From assembly GCF_006345805.1 (NCBI RefSeq), contig NC_043022.1:24490001-24554000 (forward strand): a stretch of DNA of 64,000 nucleotides, given 5' to 3'. The notes under the pieces were generated by a model. The model made no database searches. It was not told where the DNA came from and saw only the letters and a list, made by a program, of their open reading frames with translations. The position numbers were made by a program, and so were the translations under genes. Position 1 is the stretch's first letter. Each line of letters opens with the position of its first letter. This document shows positions 50,813 through 63,260 of the stretch, piece after piece. Origin of the DNA: Octopus sinensis. Its lineage: Eukaryota.

Positions 50813-51031
50813 AAGGCGGTGAGCTGGCAGAAATGTTATCACGCCGGGCGAAATGCTTTGCGGTATTTCGTCTGTCGCTACGTTCTGAGTTCAAATTCCG
50901 CTGAGGTCGACTTTGCCTTTCATGCTTTCGGGGTCGATAAATTAAGTACCAGTTATGCACTGGGGTCGATATAATCGACTTAATCCGTCTATCTGTCCTT
51001 GTTTGTCTCCTCTGTGTTTAGTAAAGAAATA
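50813..51031 (+). mobile_element. Family C SINE, full-length young, 14-bp TSD
   Basis: GGTATATTGAAAAG at 50802-50815 and 51032-51045. Confidence 0.92.
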
Positions 51032-51940
51032 GGTATATTGAAAAGAACAGCAGAGGTCCCTGGTTGAGAGCCACTGGTATTACCTATGTAGTTATGGATA
51101 AGAAAAGGAGGTGAGACAGCAATGAACAGGTGGACACACTAAATGTATTTAGTTAGAGCCTTTGAAGTCTCAAGTTCAAAATCCAGCCATCAGCTATAAT
51201 CTTTGCTCTAAGTGCACACGCATGCATGTGTGTGTGTGTGTGTGTGAGTGTGTACGCATGCGCAATCCAAAGAAAAAGTAAACGGTGAGGGAAGAGAGAG
51301 AGAGTAAATCTCTACAGAAGAAGAAAGAGAAAGGATTATCTGATCAAGAATAGACAAAGGTAGCTGGGAGAAGAGCAATAACATCCACCTGTCTAGTGTA
51401 TAAGTCTGCTGGGGGAAAAAAAAAATAGTTGAAATATTGTGGATGATGATAATGTTGATGATGATGATGATGATGATGAGTAGAGAAATAGAGAGAAATC
51501 AATGTGGCAAGCAGTAATCAGTGGTAAACATACCTTGACATCTACAACAGACAGAACATCTTAAACATGACTTGTCTACCAGATATAGCTCGGAGCCAAA
51601 CGATCAGATTACATGCTCTTCCTTCCCTCACGCACGCACGCACGCACACATGCCATCACACACACACACCCCGCCACCCCCCACCTCTTACTTTTAATAT
51701 GCACTGCAAACTTACCGAATAAGAAAAGCACCGTTGGTAAAACCAATATCAAGCAGCTTAATGAAAGTCTAATGATATAATAGAATGAAAACACGCTGTC
51801 TACTTCACCTAAACGAACTGATCAGAGCAAGCTGATGAGAGAGAGGGGGAGAGAGAGAGCTCTTGTAGTTACTGAGATTTCTAGAGATACCGGCAAAGTC
51901 TCCTTCAAATCACCCCCTGCTAGTTTTTTTTTTTAAATAT

Positions 51941-52262
51941 GTAGGATGTTAATACTGGCCTGTGTGGTAGAAAGCTTGCATCCCGACCACACAGTTCTGG
52001 GTTCAGTCCCACTGTGTGACACCTTGGGCAACTCTCTTCTACTATAGCTTCGGGTGAACCAAAACCTTACGAGTGGATTTGGTAGGTGGAAACTGTATAT
52101 GTACGGGTCTTTGGCCCACCACCAGGACTATGTTCCCGTAACTTATTGGTTCAACAAAAAACACCAATAAAATAAGTATGATGCTTAAAAGTACTGGAAT
52201 AAATTCATTTGACGAAAAGGGTAGAGCTACAGCATGGTCACAGTCTAATGGTTGAAACTGGA
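51941..52262 (+). mobile_element. Family A SINE, diverged and deleted
   Basis: tgtgtggtagaaagcttgc...gggttcagtcccactgtgtgacaccttgggcaac...cagcatggtcacagtctaatggttgaaac. Confidence 0.78.
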
Positions 52263-52319
52263 TGTTATAATCCAAATACCATTGAACCTGGTATTTGGAA
52301 TATAACATCAACTATCTCA

Positions 52320-52547
52320 TAAACCCTTTCATTACTGTATTCATTTTGAGATGCTCTGTGTTTCTTTCAATCATTTTAATTATAACAAAGAATTTAGTAA
52401 AATAACTTGGTTATCATTCAGCTAGTGTTATGAACATAAATTGTGACTAAGGCTTGGTGGAATATTTTAATTCAAAACTTATGAAAACAAGACATTTTAC
52501 CACTGAGCCAGAGCCGGTTTTGGCCGGGTTAGTAACAAAAGGGTTAA
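52320..52547 (+). mobile_element. Family E MITE
   Basis: taaaccctttcattactg ... gtaacaaaagggTTAA; colinear with 16506-16733. Confidence 0.85.
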
Positions 52548-52711
52548 TCAAGAATGTCTAGTTAATTTGTCTGTTTATTTGCTTGTATATTCAATTACAT
52601 ATATCTTTTAATTGGGAGATGAAAGTGTGTTAGTGAAATTGGTATTGTTGAGTAGAAAGACTGCAGAAACAAACCTGGGTTTGTGAGAAAATTCATTTGA
52701 ATAAAAGAAGA

Positions 52712-52950
52712 CCCAGATAGTAGTGAAAAGGCTGGGGAAACCACTGCTCTACATGGTTACCTGACCTGTTACAAATAACAGCCATCTCTCTCTCAAATCA
52801 CATTTTACCACGTCAACATTAATAAAGTCCCAGATAGTAGCAAAAAGGCTGGGAAACCACTGCTCCACATGGTTACCTGACCTGTTACAAATAACAGCCA
52901 TATCTCTCTCTCTCTCTCAAATCACATTTTACCACTTTAACATTAATAAG
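52712..52950. repeat. Direct tandem duplication, 2 x ~117 bp
   Basis: cccagatagtag starts at 52712 and 52829. Confidence 0.88.
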
Positions 52951-53212
52951 GTGGCAAGCTGGCAGAATTGTTAGCATGCCAAGTGAAACGCTTAGTGATG
53001 TTTTGCCTGTCTTTACATTCTGAGTTCAAATTCCACCGAGGTCAACTTTGCCTTTCATCCGTTTTTTGGGAGTCAATAAAATAAGTACCAGTTGAGCACT
53101 AGGGTCGATGCAAGTGCCTTAACTACTCCTGGGTATGAGTATAAAGACTGTACCCCCTCTACTAAGCCATGTTGAGCCAGTGTGGCAAAGTAGGCTCATC
53201 AAACCGGTATGA
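52948..53212 (+). mobile_element. Family C SINE with alternative tail J
   Basis: aaggtggcaagctggcagaa...gtcgatgcaagtgcc then ctcctgggtatgagtataaagactg...gtaggctcatcaaacc. Confidence 0.8.
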
Positions 53213-53446
53213 TCTCAAGCTCAATTTCACAGCCTCCACATCATACTATGGTCGATGGAGAGAGCATGCTGAAGCCATTGTGCTGTAGTTGACTGGACAT
53301 GGGCAATCCAATCCAATCCAATAATGTAGCCATAGATAGATACCACAAAGGTTAAAACAAAGTTGGGATGGCCCTGAGTGGAACATTTTTGTTCAGATAT
53401 CAATTTAAATATGACTGATCTGCAGTTAAAAAACAACAATAATAAT

Positions 53447-53778
53447 ACTCTTTACTCTTTTACTTGTTTCAGTCATTTGACTGTGGCCATGCTGGAGCAC
53501 CGCCTTTTTAGTCTAGCAAATCGACCCCAGAACTTATTCTTTGTAAGCCTAGTACATATTCTATCGGCCTCTTTTGCCGAACCGCTAAGTAACGGGGACG
53601 TAAACACACCAGCATCGGTTGTCAAGCGATGTTGGGGGGGACAAACACAGACACACACACACACACATATATATATATACGACGGGCTTCTTTCAGTTTC
53701 CGTCTACCAAATCCACTCACAAGGCTTTGGTCGGCCCGAGGCTATAGTAGAAGACACTTGCCCAAGGTGCCACGCAGT
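53447..53778 (-). mobile_element. Family A SINE, young, 5'-truncated
   Basis: High identity to 45911-46308; stops at gtgccacgcagt. Confidence 0.92.
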
Positions 53779-55252
53779 AAAAATAACAAGAATAAATTGT
53801 ATACAAAACATGCAAGGTGAATTGTATGTGCAAAATATGCAAGGTCAATGTACCAAACAACAGTTAATCACAACAGAGCCAAACCCCAGATAGCGCTTAC
53901 CATAGTTTACTGAAACAGAATCTCCTTTGAACTAAGAGTAGAACAAGACCTGACAAAGCAGCAAAAGGCTGTGTCCCATGATAAAGGCAAGTTATTTGCT
54001 AGAAATAGCATCTATTCAGCAAGTTATTTATTTATTCATAATATGAGCAAGTGAGAGGGAGGGAAGGGGGTTCTGTGTAAGTCTGTGGAAATAAATAAAA
54101 GAGAGCTTGGATGCTGTAATTGATGAGCATGGACACAAGCTGAATGAAGATCACTGACATTGGCTTGGCTGGCCCATCTACTCAAACATTAGCTAATTGA
54201 ATATTCCTTCAATACTGAGCTTCAATAGGCCATGAACACAACCACTGGCTGGTTGGTCGGTCGGTTGGTCGGTTGGCTGGCTAGCTAGCCCGTTGGTTGG
54301 TTGGTTGGTTGGTTGGTAAAGTAAGTAAAACCACCTTTGAAATAACAGGTTTACTATCTTAAAATTTGTTTCAACAACAAAGCAAAAGCAATAAATGAAA
54401 AAGAAAAGTAAACAGCAACATTTTTTGAGAGCAAAAGAAAAAAAAAATGATATGTATTATATTCCTGTAAGCAAAAAGTGAAAGAAAAAAAAATAATAAT
54501 AAAATAAAAACTAACAACAAAATCAACAATAACAACAAAACCATAACTATTGCATATGACACATGATTACAATGTATGAAATCCATTGTAAAGAAGGTAA
54601 ATCTTGAGAGCGTGACAGCTAAGTGGATAAAAGTAATTAGTTATGCGAAGGTTGACACTAAATATACATCACCGAAATGCTTCGAGACTGAAGTGGACTG
54701 AGTCAATAAGACGGGGAAGGTGGATAGAGGGATGGGTGTATGTGTGCGCGCGCATGTGTGTGTGTGTGTGTATGCAGAGGTGGGGTGGCAAATAATGACT
54801 GTGATAGTATGTAGGATATTTTGCAAGAAAAAAAACAACAAAAGTAATAACAAAAGTAATCTTTAATATAGCATGGGGCTTAAAAGAAGAAAAAAAAAAT
54901 GGTACCCTTTCATTGGAAGAAAAAGACTATAGCAGACTACTGACTGCCAGAATTGCGGCTGTAATTAATTAAGACAAAATGCCAGGGTATTAGAAATAGT
55001 CTTTAGAAGGGTAAAGATGTAACAAATAGCATCCAGAGAATAAGGGTTATTGGAGGCTGTGCTATTCAAATAGAGTCAAATTATCTAAGGTCTCTATGAT
55101 AAACTTACCCCGGGGGCAAGTTGTAATGTGGTTGACACTAGTTAGGGCATCTAACTGGTTGCCCTTCCTATTGTGCACTTCATTTTAAAAACATCATGCA
55201 AAAAAAAAAAAATAAAAGATGTAAGCAGCCAAATAAGAACAATCAATGAGAA

Positions 55253-55479
55253 TTAACCCTTTAGTATTTAAACCAGCCATATCCGGCCAAAATAGTTAAT
55301 CTGTTTTATGTTCAAACTGACCAGATCCAGGCCCTCACACCTACCCTACAATGTTATTCTACATTAAGTAATTACACCATTAAGATCTTGAAGATATGAG
55401 ATAATGCATGATTAATTCAAATCAATGGGAATCAATAGGTATTATGTTTGATAGAATAATCTGAACACTAAAGGGTTAA
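55253..55479 (-). mobile_element. Family F MITE, complete, TTAA both ends
   Basis: TTAA-ccctttagtatttaaacc ... gaacactaaaggg-TTAA. Confidence 0.88.
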
Positions 55480-55487
55480 AACTGATG

Positions 55488-55523
<36 letters not shown>

Positions 55524-56647
55524 CACTTGAGTCCTGCAGCAGATGGCCCCCTATATCCAGTTCACACAGTAAGGTGAATGGTGAGAGGATGAGAGGAAGA
55601 GCACCCAGCTGTGAAAACCATGGCATATTCATCAACAAAGGCTGATGATTTTCTGTTGTTTGTGTGCCAGCTGATGAAGGGCCACAGTGATGAAGGGCCA
55701 CATTATGTGAAGCACCTTGACATTCAGCAGGAGGAGGAGAAGCAGCAGCAAACCTCACTTGTTGACTTGGTCTGTAAACAACCCTACAACTGAGTCTGCA
55801 ATTTTCTTATTCAATTATAATTGCTTTTTACACCAACAGAACACAGAAATATATGAAGTTATAAAGCTTATGCCTTCCCTCATATCAAATATTGTTCCGT
55901 TTTATTATCATGCCACCTTAAGCCTGAAAACACTCACTGACCTCGAATGGCGATTTGAACAGTGTGGATATCATAAACACATGCGCCTATAACAATCCTT
56001 AGCAGAATCTATGTTATAAAGTGTGAGATGGTCAGCCCTTTAAACTACACAAATAGTTTATCTTGAGTTATTTATAAGTATAAATGGTCGAGTATTCCAT
56101 ATGGCATACTGTGACAAAGTTGGCATTTTGCCTTTAACCCTATAGCATTTTAAATCAACCATAGATGGCTCAAATATTCTATTTGCTTTACGTCCAAACT
56201 GGCCAGATCTAGCCTCTTAAACCAACCTGGGGATTAATATAACCTCCTGGTATTAACACTGCCTCTGTCGCTAATATATATTTTTTATAAAATATACCTT
56301 CAATACTGGAAGCAGCCAATAAAGCCAGGTTACCTGTTATGAGCAGGAAGACAAGAGGTCAGTTAACAATGAAATATTTCACCAAACTACCAAACTATTT
56401 CCTTTTTACCAGTCAGGAAATCTCTCGAAGGGTGTCATTGTGGAGCTACAGCTGGTCAGTTGATAGGATATCAGACTACCTACTGAAAAACTAATGGTTT
56501 CTACTCTGTATCCCACAGCTGACCAGGCAGATAGAGTTGTAGACTGTTAATGCTATTGTATTGGGTTGATGGTCAATGTACTTCATCCTTTGCCCAGTTC
56601 ACTTAGCTGCATATAGGTACCACAGTTAGATATATCTCAAAGCTGTA

Positions 56648-56881
56648 AAGGTGGCAAGCTGGTAGAATTGTTAGCACGCCAGGCGAAAATGCTTAGCGGT
56701 ATTTCGTCTGTCGTTACGTTCTGAGTTCAAATTCCGCCGAGGTCGACTTTGCCTTTCATCCTTTCGGGGTCGATAAATTAAGTACCAGTTACACACTGGG
56801 GTCGATGTAATCGACTTAATACCTATGTCTGTCCTTGTTTGTCCCCTCTATGTTTAGCCCCTTGTGGGTAATAAAGAAATA
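56648..56881 (+). mobile_element. Family C SINE, full-length young
   Basis: aaggtggcaagctggtagaattgttagcacgcc...gccccttgtgggtaataaagaaata. Confidence 0.92.
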
Positions 56882-57008
56882 GGTATAAGGGGTAAGATCT
56901 ATTGCATAATAATAAGTGTTTTGTGTGACTGAAGAATTCACAGTCGATGGTCTCCTCGACAAACTGAACTCGATAGAAGTGAAACATAATTATTATTTAT
57001 ATTTCTGT

Positions 57009-57200
57009 TCTTACCTGGTCCAGTTTTCTAGTGTGTGAGTGTGTGTATGGAGGGGGTGGATGTACGGAAAAGAAAAGTGAGCGGAAGAGGGGAGGGAAAC
57101 AAGCACAAAATGAAAACAGAATGGGAAATATTTCGACAAGTCGACAATACAGAACAATAGCAGAAGGCACTCGAGAAAGATTTAATCGATGAGAGTAAAG
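57009..57200 (-). promoter_or_regulatory. Candidate non-coding or first exon ending in a consensus donor
   Basis: Minus strand GACCAG|GTAAGA (junction 57015/57014) beside a non-repetitive CpG-containing patch. Confidence 0.3.
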
Positions 57201-58014
57201 AGGGAGAGGAAGGGGAGACAGGGTGGGGGTGTTAGGAAATAGCTAAGTTGTGGACAATTGAACTACACTGTAGGAGCAAGGTTTTGAGAGAGATTGAAGG
57301 TGACAAGCATTAATAGCTTGAACAAGTAAAACAACAGATTGAATGCGATAAAGATGAAAACTTCCATAGCCTCTGGCCTGTTTTACTTCCGACCCCCCTC
57401 CCTCCTCCTCCGCTTCCCATAGGTGATGTCTGAAACAATTCCTTAGTAATTAGCAATGCACCGTGGCATCGGTGCTAAGAAGAACAAGTTATAAACAGCA
57501 GGAAATACTTAGCTTCCACACTTGAACTCAATAACTGAATTGAATTTCGAAACATAACTGAAGGGATGGAGAAATATGGAGGCTGTATACACACGGAGGA
57601 GGCTCAATAGACGAGGTGGGTTTAACCTCGAGGTTGTGGTTAGAGTTGTCGACTTTAGCCAAGTAGGCATGTAATATGTTGTTGCTTAGCTCCAGGTCAA
57701 CTCTGGTCAAGCAGTCATATATAATCAAAGCCATTCCATAATTTTGGCTTTAGGCAATAGTGAACCTAGGACTACATTAACCAATGTGTCCTCCTTTCTT
57801 CTGCTAAGACACAATTTAAGGAAGATTTGGTTGAGGTTTCTCACAGGTCAAGCAACAACACAGAGACCTCCTCATTAGCTTATCTATGAGATCATATTAC
57901 ATAAAAACAGCATAGCCAAACAGTGAAGACATTTACTTCATAATCACAAGGTCCTGAGTTCGGTCCTAGTGTGTACCATGTTGGAGCAAGTGTCTTTTAT
58001 CATTGCCTTGGGTT

Positions 58015-58741
58015 AAGTCAAACAAATTGACCCCAGTTCTTATACATACCTGACACCTATTCTATCAGTCTCTTTTGCCATACTGCTAAGTTATGGGCAT
58101 GTAAACAAATCAACACTGGTTATCAAGCAGTGGGTGGAGTGGGGGGTACAAGCACAGACCCACACACAACAATTTTCTACACAGTTTCAGTCTACTAGAT
58201 TCATGCACAGGGCATTGGTCAGTCCAGGGTTATAGTAGAAGACACTTACCCAGGGTTCTGTGCAGTGGGACTGAACCCAAAACAAATGGTTGCAAAGTGA
58301 GCTTCTTAACCACATGGCCATGTCCGAGACCATGCAGAAAAGAATCCTACACATATTGCCTGAGATTGAACCCATGATTTCTATGTCTCTAGATCACCAT
58401 GTCTTTCTCTATGACAAACAAATTGATCCCAGGACTAATTTTTTTAAGCCTAGTACTTATTCTGTCAGTCTTTTTTGTCAGACTGCCATGTTACAGGGAT
58501 GTAAACACACCAACACTGGTTGTCAAGTGGTGGTTGGGAACAAACAGAGTGACAAAGACACACACACACACGCACATACAATGGGATTCTTCCAGTGTTC
58601 ATCTACTAAAGCGACTCATAAGGCTTTGGTAGCCTCAAGGCTATAGTAGAAGACACTTGCCCAAGGTGCCATGCAGTGGGACTGATCCTGGAACCATGTG
58701 GTTGGGAAACAAGCTTCTCACCACACAGCCGTACCTGTGCC
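58015..58741 (-). mobile_element. Two tandem family A SINE copies (58015-58325, 58415-58741)
   Basis: Each shows aattgaYcccag...gtaaaca...gtgggactgaWcc...ccacaYRgcc. Confidence 0.82.
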
Positions 58742-60029
58742 TATAGATAAAAAAAGTTTTTAAAAAAAAAAGCAGGATGACCACAATTGGAAAACCTTTG
58801 ATTTTAAGTCTGTTCAACCAAGGCAAGCTTTGTTGTACTAGAAAAAAAGAAAAAACAAACCAGAAAAACACAGGAGGGTCACAACTGGAAGATCTTAGAT
58901 TGTATTATTTGATTAAGTCTGACCTTGGTGGACAAAAGACAACAACAACAAAGACGTCTGTATATCATCTCACAACCTGCCATAAATAGCAGCCAAATTG
59001 CCCTTAAATCACACCCTGAGGACAGTATACACTTGGATAATGGTAATACTAGGTAAACCCCACCCCACAAGAAAAAAAACCCCTGACAGGAATACCTTTG
59101 ATTATCAGGCTGTCCAATCAAGATTGACTGAACTGGAGAGCAGCAGCAGCAACAACAACAGCACAAGACTAATGTTATTGGAAGAAATGAAGTGGATAAT
59201 AATAATAATAATGATATGAAATAAATAAAGAAAAAAGCAATAATTTTAAGGTGATAAACGAAAGAGATAACATTTGTACAGGGTGAAACTAGTTCCGAGT
59301 CAATATCTCTCAATCTGTTGATTTTGATCGCCCGTCAAACGTATAGCAAGCAGCATCTAAAATATTCCCACCACCACCACCACCACCACTACCATTATCA
59401 CCACCATCATCACCACCACCTGACATTCATCAGGAGATTGATCTCATGTTAAAAATCAGATAATGGTTATCTTCATAAAAGATATCACATCACATCAACT
59501 TTCAAAAATGACTTAACTGATTTCAAAAAACCAAAAACAAAAGAAAACAAAAATAAAAAAAGAAAGTAAAATAAATTAAAAACAAAGAAAAAGAAAGAAA
59601 ACAGATGGATAGGTCTTCATTCACAAACTCAGTATTCAAACTAATCCCTGATAAAAACAAAATAAAAAAAATGATGAAATTATAATGAAGAATTGCGGAC
59701 AAGCCAAGCAAGCAGCTTTGTGCTTATTAATGCATCTGTCATAGGAGGAGTAGTAGTAGCAACAGCAGCAGCAGTAAAATATGAACTGTCAATATTGTAG
59801 ACAAAAGCTAAAAATTTATATGAACAGAAATGGTGATGTGGTAAGAAAATTGCTTCCCAAGCACATGGTTCCGGTTTTGGTCCCACTGCATGGTCCCCAA
59901 GGAAAGTGTCTTCTACTATAGCCTCAAACCAACCAAAGCCTTGTGAGTGGATTTGGTAGATGGAAACTGAAAGAAACCTGTCATATAATATATATATATA
60001 TATAATATATATATAATATATATATATAA

Positions 60030-60360
60030 AGTTAATCCAAACAAGAAAGCAACAAAAAATACACAACAACGCAAGGACGTGGAACAAATATAGTATTATT
60101 GGACACTCAGGAAAGAAGGAGGGCTTAACGTTTCGTGCACACAACAACGCAAGGACGTGGAACAAATATAGTATTATTGGACACTCAGGAAAGAAGGAGG
60201 GCTTAACGTTTCGTGCACACAACAACGCAAGGACGTGGAACAAATATAGTATTATTGGACACTCAGGAAAGAAGGAGGGCTTAACGTTTCGTGCAGAGCT
60301 CTTCGTCGGAAACATAGGAGAAGGAAAGATCCAGAGAAGGGAAGACAGAGGAAAAGAATC
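60030..60360 (-). mobile_element. Penelope-like element terminal fragment with 3 x 78 bp tandem repeat (60061-60294)
   Basis: acacaacaacgcaagg starts at 60061, 60139 and 60217; hammerhead-like core at its end; inserted in a TA microsatellite. Confidence 0.7.
60279..60313 (-). ncRNA. Degenerate minimal type I hammerhead ribozyme
   Basis: GUUU-CCGACGA-A-GAGC-UCU-GCAC-GAAA-CGUU-AAGC. Stem I GUUU/AAGC; core CUGANGA with U4 to C; stem II GAGC/GCAC with one mismatch; palindromic AACGUU stem III. Confidence 0.6.
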
Positions 60361-60734
60361 GTGTATGTGGATGTGTGTGTGTGTTTGTTCCCCACTGCCA
60401 CTTGACAACTGTTGTTGGTGTGTTTACATCCTTGTAACTTAACAAGTTCAGCAATAGAGACTGATAGAATAAATAAGTACCAGGTCTAAAAAAAAAAAAA
60501 GTAGTGAGGTCAATTCATTTGATTAAAAATTCTCCAAGGCCATAATCTAATGACTGAAACAAGTAAATGATAAAAGACAGAAACTGAGATGAGTGAAGCT
60601 GATGCCTTTCTCAAAAGTATCTTAGATACATATGGAATCCTCAGTTGAACCAAGACAAATGACAGACTCAATTCAGTATAAAATCACTAAAGGAACATTT
60701 TTTTTCTATACAGTTACCATTAAAAATCCTTGCT

Positions 60735-61157
60735 ACTGGAGGCACAAGGCCTCAGTTAGTGGGGAAAGGAGTATTTGATTAAACTGACCCCAATGTTTTA
60801 CTGGTACTTGATTTATTGACCCCAAAAGGATGAAAGGCAAAGTTGACCTTGGCGGAATTTGAACTGAAGACATAACAGCAGACGAAATACTGCTAAGCAT
60901 TTCGCCCAGCGTGCTAGCGATTCTTATCTCATTACCGCCCACAAGGGGCTACACACAGAGGGACCAAACAATGACAGACAAACAGATTAAGTCAATTATC
61001 GACCCCAGTGCGCAACTGGTACTTATTTAATCGACCCCGAAAGGATGAAAGGCAAAGTCGACCTCGGCGGAATTTGAACTCAGAACATAGCGGCAGACGA
61101 AATACCACTAAGCATTTCACCTGGCGTGCTAACGATTCTGCCAGCTCGCTGCCTTAG
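60735..61157 (-). mobile_element. Two adjacent family C SINEs (60735-60921; 60922-61157)
   Basis: C core present twice; the copies carry different tails. Confidence 0.85.
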
Positions 61158-61397
61158 TTGCCATTAAAAATAACAGCTAAATCTCCCTCAGAATCACTGC
61201 CTAGAATCCAGGACATAGACTGTTTCGGATCAGGGCTGACCAAGCGGCAGACGAAATACCACTAAGCATTTCACCTGGCATGCTAACGATTCTGCCAGCT
61301 CGCTGCCTTAGTTGCCATTAAAAATAACAGCTAAATCTCCCTCAGAATCACTGCCTAGAATCCAGGACATAGACTGTTTCGGATCAGGGCTGACCAA
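61090..61397. repeat. Direct tandem duplication, 2 x 154 bp
   Basis: gcggcagacgaaatacc starts at 61090 and 61244; one substitution seen (cgtg/catg). Confidence 0.93.
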
Positions 61398-61696
61398 GGG
61401 TTAAACAATTGAAAAAAGAAAACAAAACTTTATCTTCTGCTCTACGGTATGCAATATATTACTGCTGGTCCAGTGTTCAAATCCTTGCTAAGATATTTTA
61501 GTCTAATCAGTCTAATTTCATGAGGGGTGGGAGTGTGCCACATGTTCAAGATAACAGCCCTTCAAATCACAACATAAGAAATGGGACTATAGGTCTGCCA
61601 GATCAGGGCAACAATAGTAACAACAATGGTATGTGAAGGGAAGTATGCAGGGACTTTTTTTACCCCCTTGCCCCTCCCTCTTCAAGAAGAATATAT

Positions 61697-61882
61697 GTTT
61701 CTTTACTGCCCACAAGGGGCTAAACATAGAGTGGATAAACAAGGACAGACAAAGGGATTAAGTTGATTACATTGACCTCAGTGTGTAACTGGTACTTTAT
61801 TTATCGACCCCGAACGGATGAAAGGCAAAGTCAACCTCGGCGGAATTTGAACTCCCAACGTAATGACAGACGAAATACCGCT
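61697..61882 (-). mobile_element. Family C SINE, 5'-truncated
   Basis: gtttctttactgcccacaaggggc...ggcggaatttgaactc...gaaataccgcta. Confidence 0.87.
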
Positions 61883-62914
61883 ATAAACCAGAGAAATTCC
61901 TGCAGTTTGTGCCCAATCACAAGAAACAGAATTAACAATGGGGGTGGGGCACAATGTGGCTCAGTAGACTGGAAGGGGTTAAATTAATGAAAGTAGGATT
62001 TAGTTTGCAATATAGACCATTCTGTGTGTGTGTGTGTGTGAGACAGAGGAGTGGGGAGATCAGAGACAAGATAGAGTCGGTTTTAATTAAGCAGTCTCTC
62101 CGTTATTTCTAATGATCTTATCTAAGCTATATTATGAACATTGTAGCTTCTCTTCAGAGACCAAGTAGCAGATGATTATCATCGTCATCATCATCATTAA
62201 TAACAACAACAACAACAATAATAAAATTGCAGGGAAATAAATATAAGAAAGATTAATGAAGCAGAACCAAGAAGAAAATCATATGGAAAAGATAAATAAA
62301 TAAAATAAAATTTTAAAAAAATAAGAAAACTTATTCATTTAAAGAAAAAAAACTAAAATAAAGTAAAATCATAGTAAATACTCTGGTAGAAATCTTATTT
62401 AAACATTGAAAATGATGAAAACTGAGATCAAATGATAACACCAAGCTATAATGTATTTGAAGACTATCTGAGTTCTCATTTTACATCCTGTCTGCCTGTC
62501 TGAGAGAGAGAGAGAGAGAGAGTGTGTGTGTGTGTGTGTTTTTGCATGTCCTCTGCCCCTCCTTTCTAAACCAGCTGCAGTCAGAGAAAGAGTCTTCGAA
62601 TTGAAGACCAGCCCGCAACAACCGGACAGAGAAGAAACGGATGGTGTAACTAACTGAGAAAAGAAGAGGAAGAGTAAATGAAAAAAAAAAAGAAAATATA
62701 ATAAAAAAAGAGAACCATTTGATATGCTTCAGAAATATGATCTAGTGCATTTCATGTTCCGACTTGCTGGCTTCTAATCTGTAAAATGTTTATTTTCACA
62801 TATCTATATCTACCTCAACTCTTTCAGCTAAAGAGAAAACATTAAAAACAAGAAAGGAAAAAAAGAGAGCAAAATTGGGGGAAAAATTATGAAAACTTGC
62901 AAAGTCAACATTAT

Positions 62915-62936
62915 AATATATATATATGTGTGTATA

Positions 62937-62999
<63 letters not shown>

Positions 63000-63024
63000 A
63001 AACATATATATATGTATATGTATG

Positions 63025-63058
<34 letters not shown>

Positions 63059-63225
63059 TATATACATATATATATACATAAATACAAACTTAGATATACA
63101 CACATACATACAAACATACCTACATTATATATACACCCACACACATATATACATACCTCTATACACACACACATATATATACATACCTCTATACACACAC
63201 AAACACACACACACATATACACATG

Positions 63226-63257
<32 letters not shown>

Positions 63258-63260
63258 ATG
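62915..63260. repeat. (TA/CA)n compound microsatellite
   Basis: Direct reading. Confidence 0.95.

Larger units (their letters stand above)
59823..60578 (+). mobile_element. Family A SINE split at its internal (TA)n by a Penelope-like insertion
   Basis: 5' half ends gaaagaaacctgtca(ta)n at about 59983; 3' half resumes gtgtgtgtttgttcccc at about 60365 and ends tgactgaaacaagtaaatgataaaaga. Confidence 0.82.

Noticed and set aside
55671-55712. CTGATGA motif as a second hammerhead
   Set aside because: No stem II followed by GAAA; it is a short tgatgaagggccaca duplication.
28921-60294. CRISPR-like appearance of the arrays at 28921, 34473 and 60061
   Set aside because: Units are contiguous with no unique spacers, derive from retroposons, and there are no cas genes; the DNA is eukaryotic.
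59680-60408. 242 aa ORF with three 26-aa repeats (ARNVKPSFFPECPIILYLFHVLALLC)
   Set aside because: The 78-bp unit is a multiple of three, so the frame stays open by chance; the rest is SINE and (TA)n sequence.
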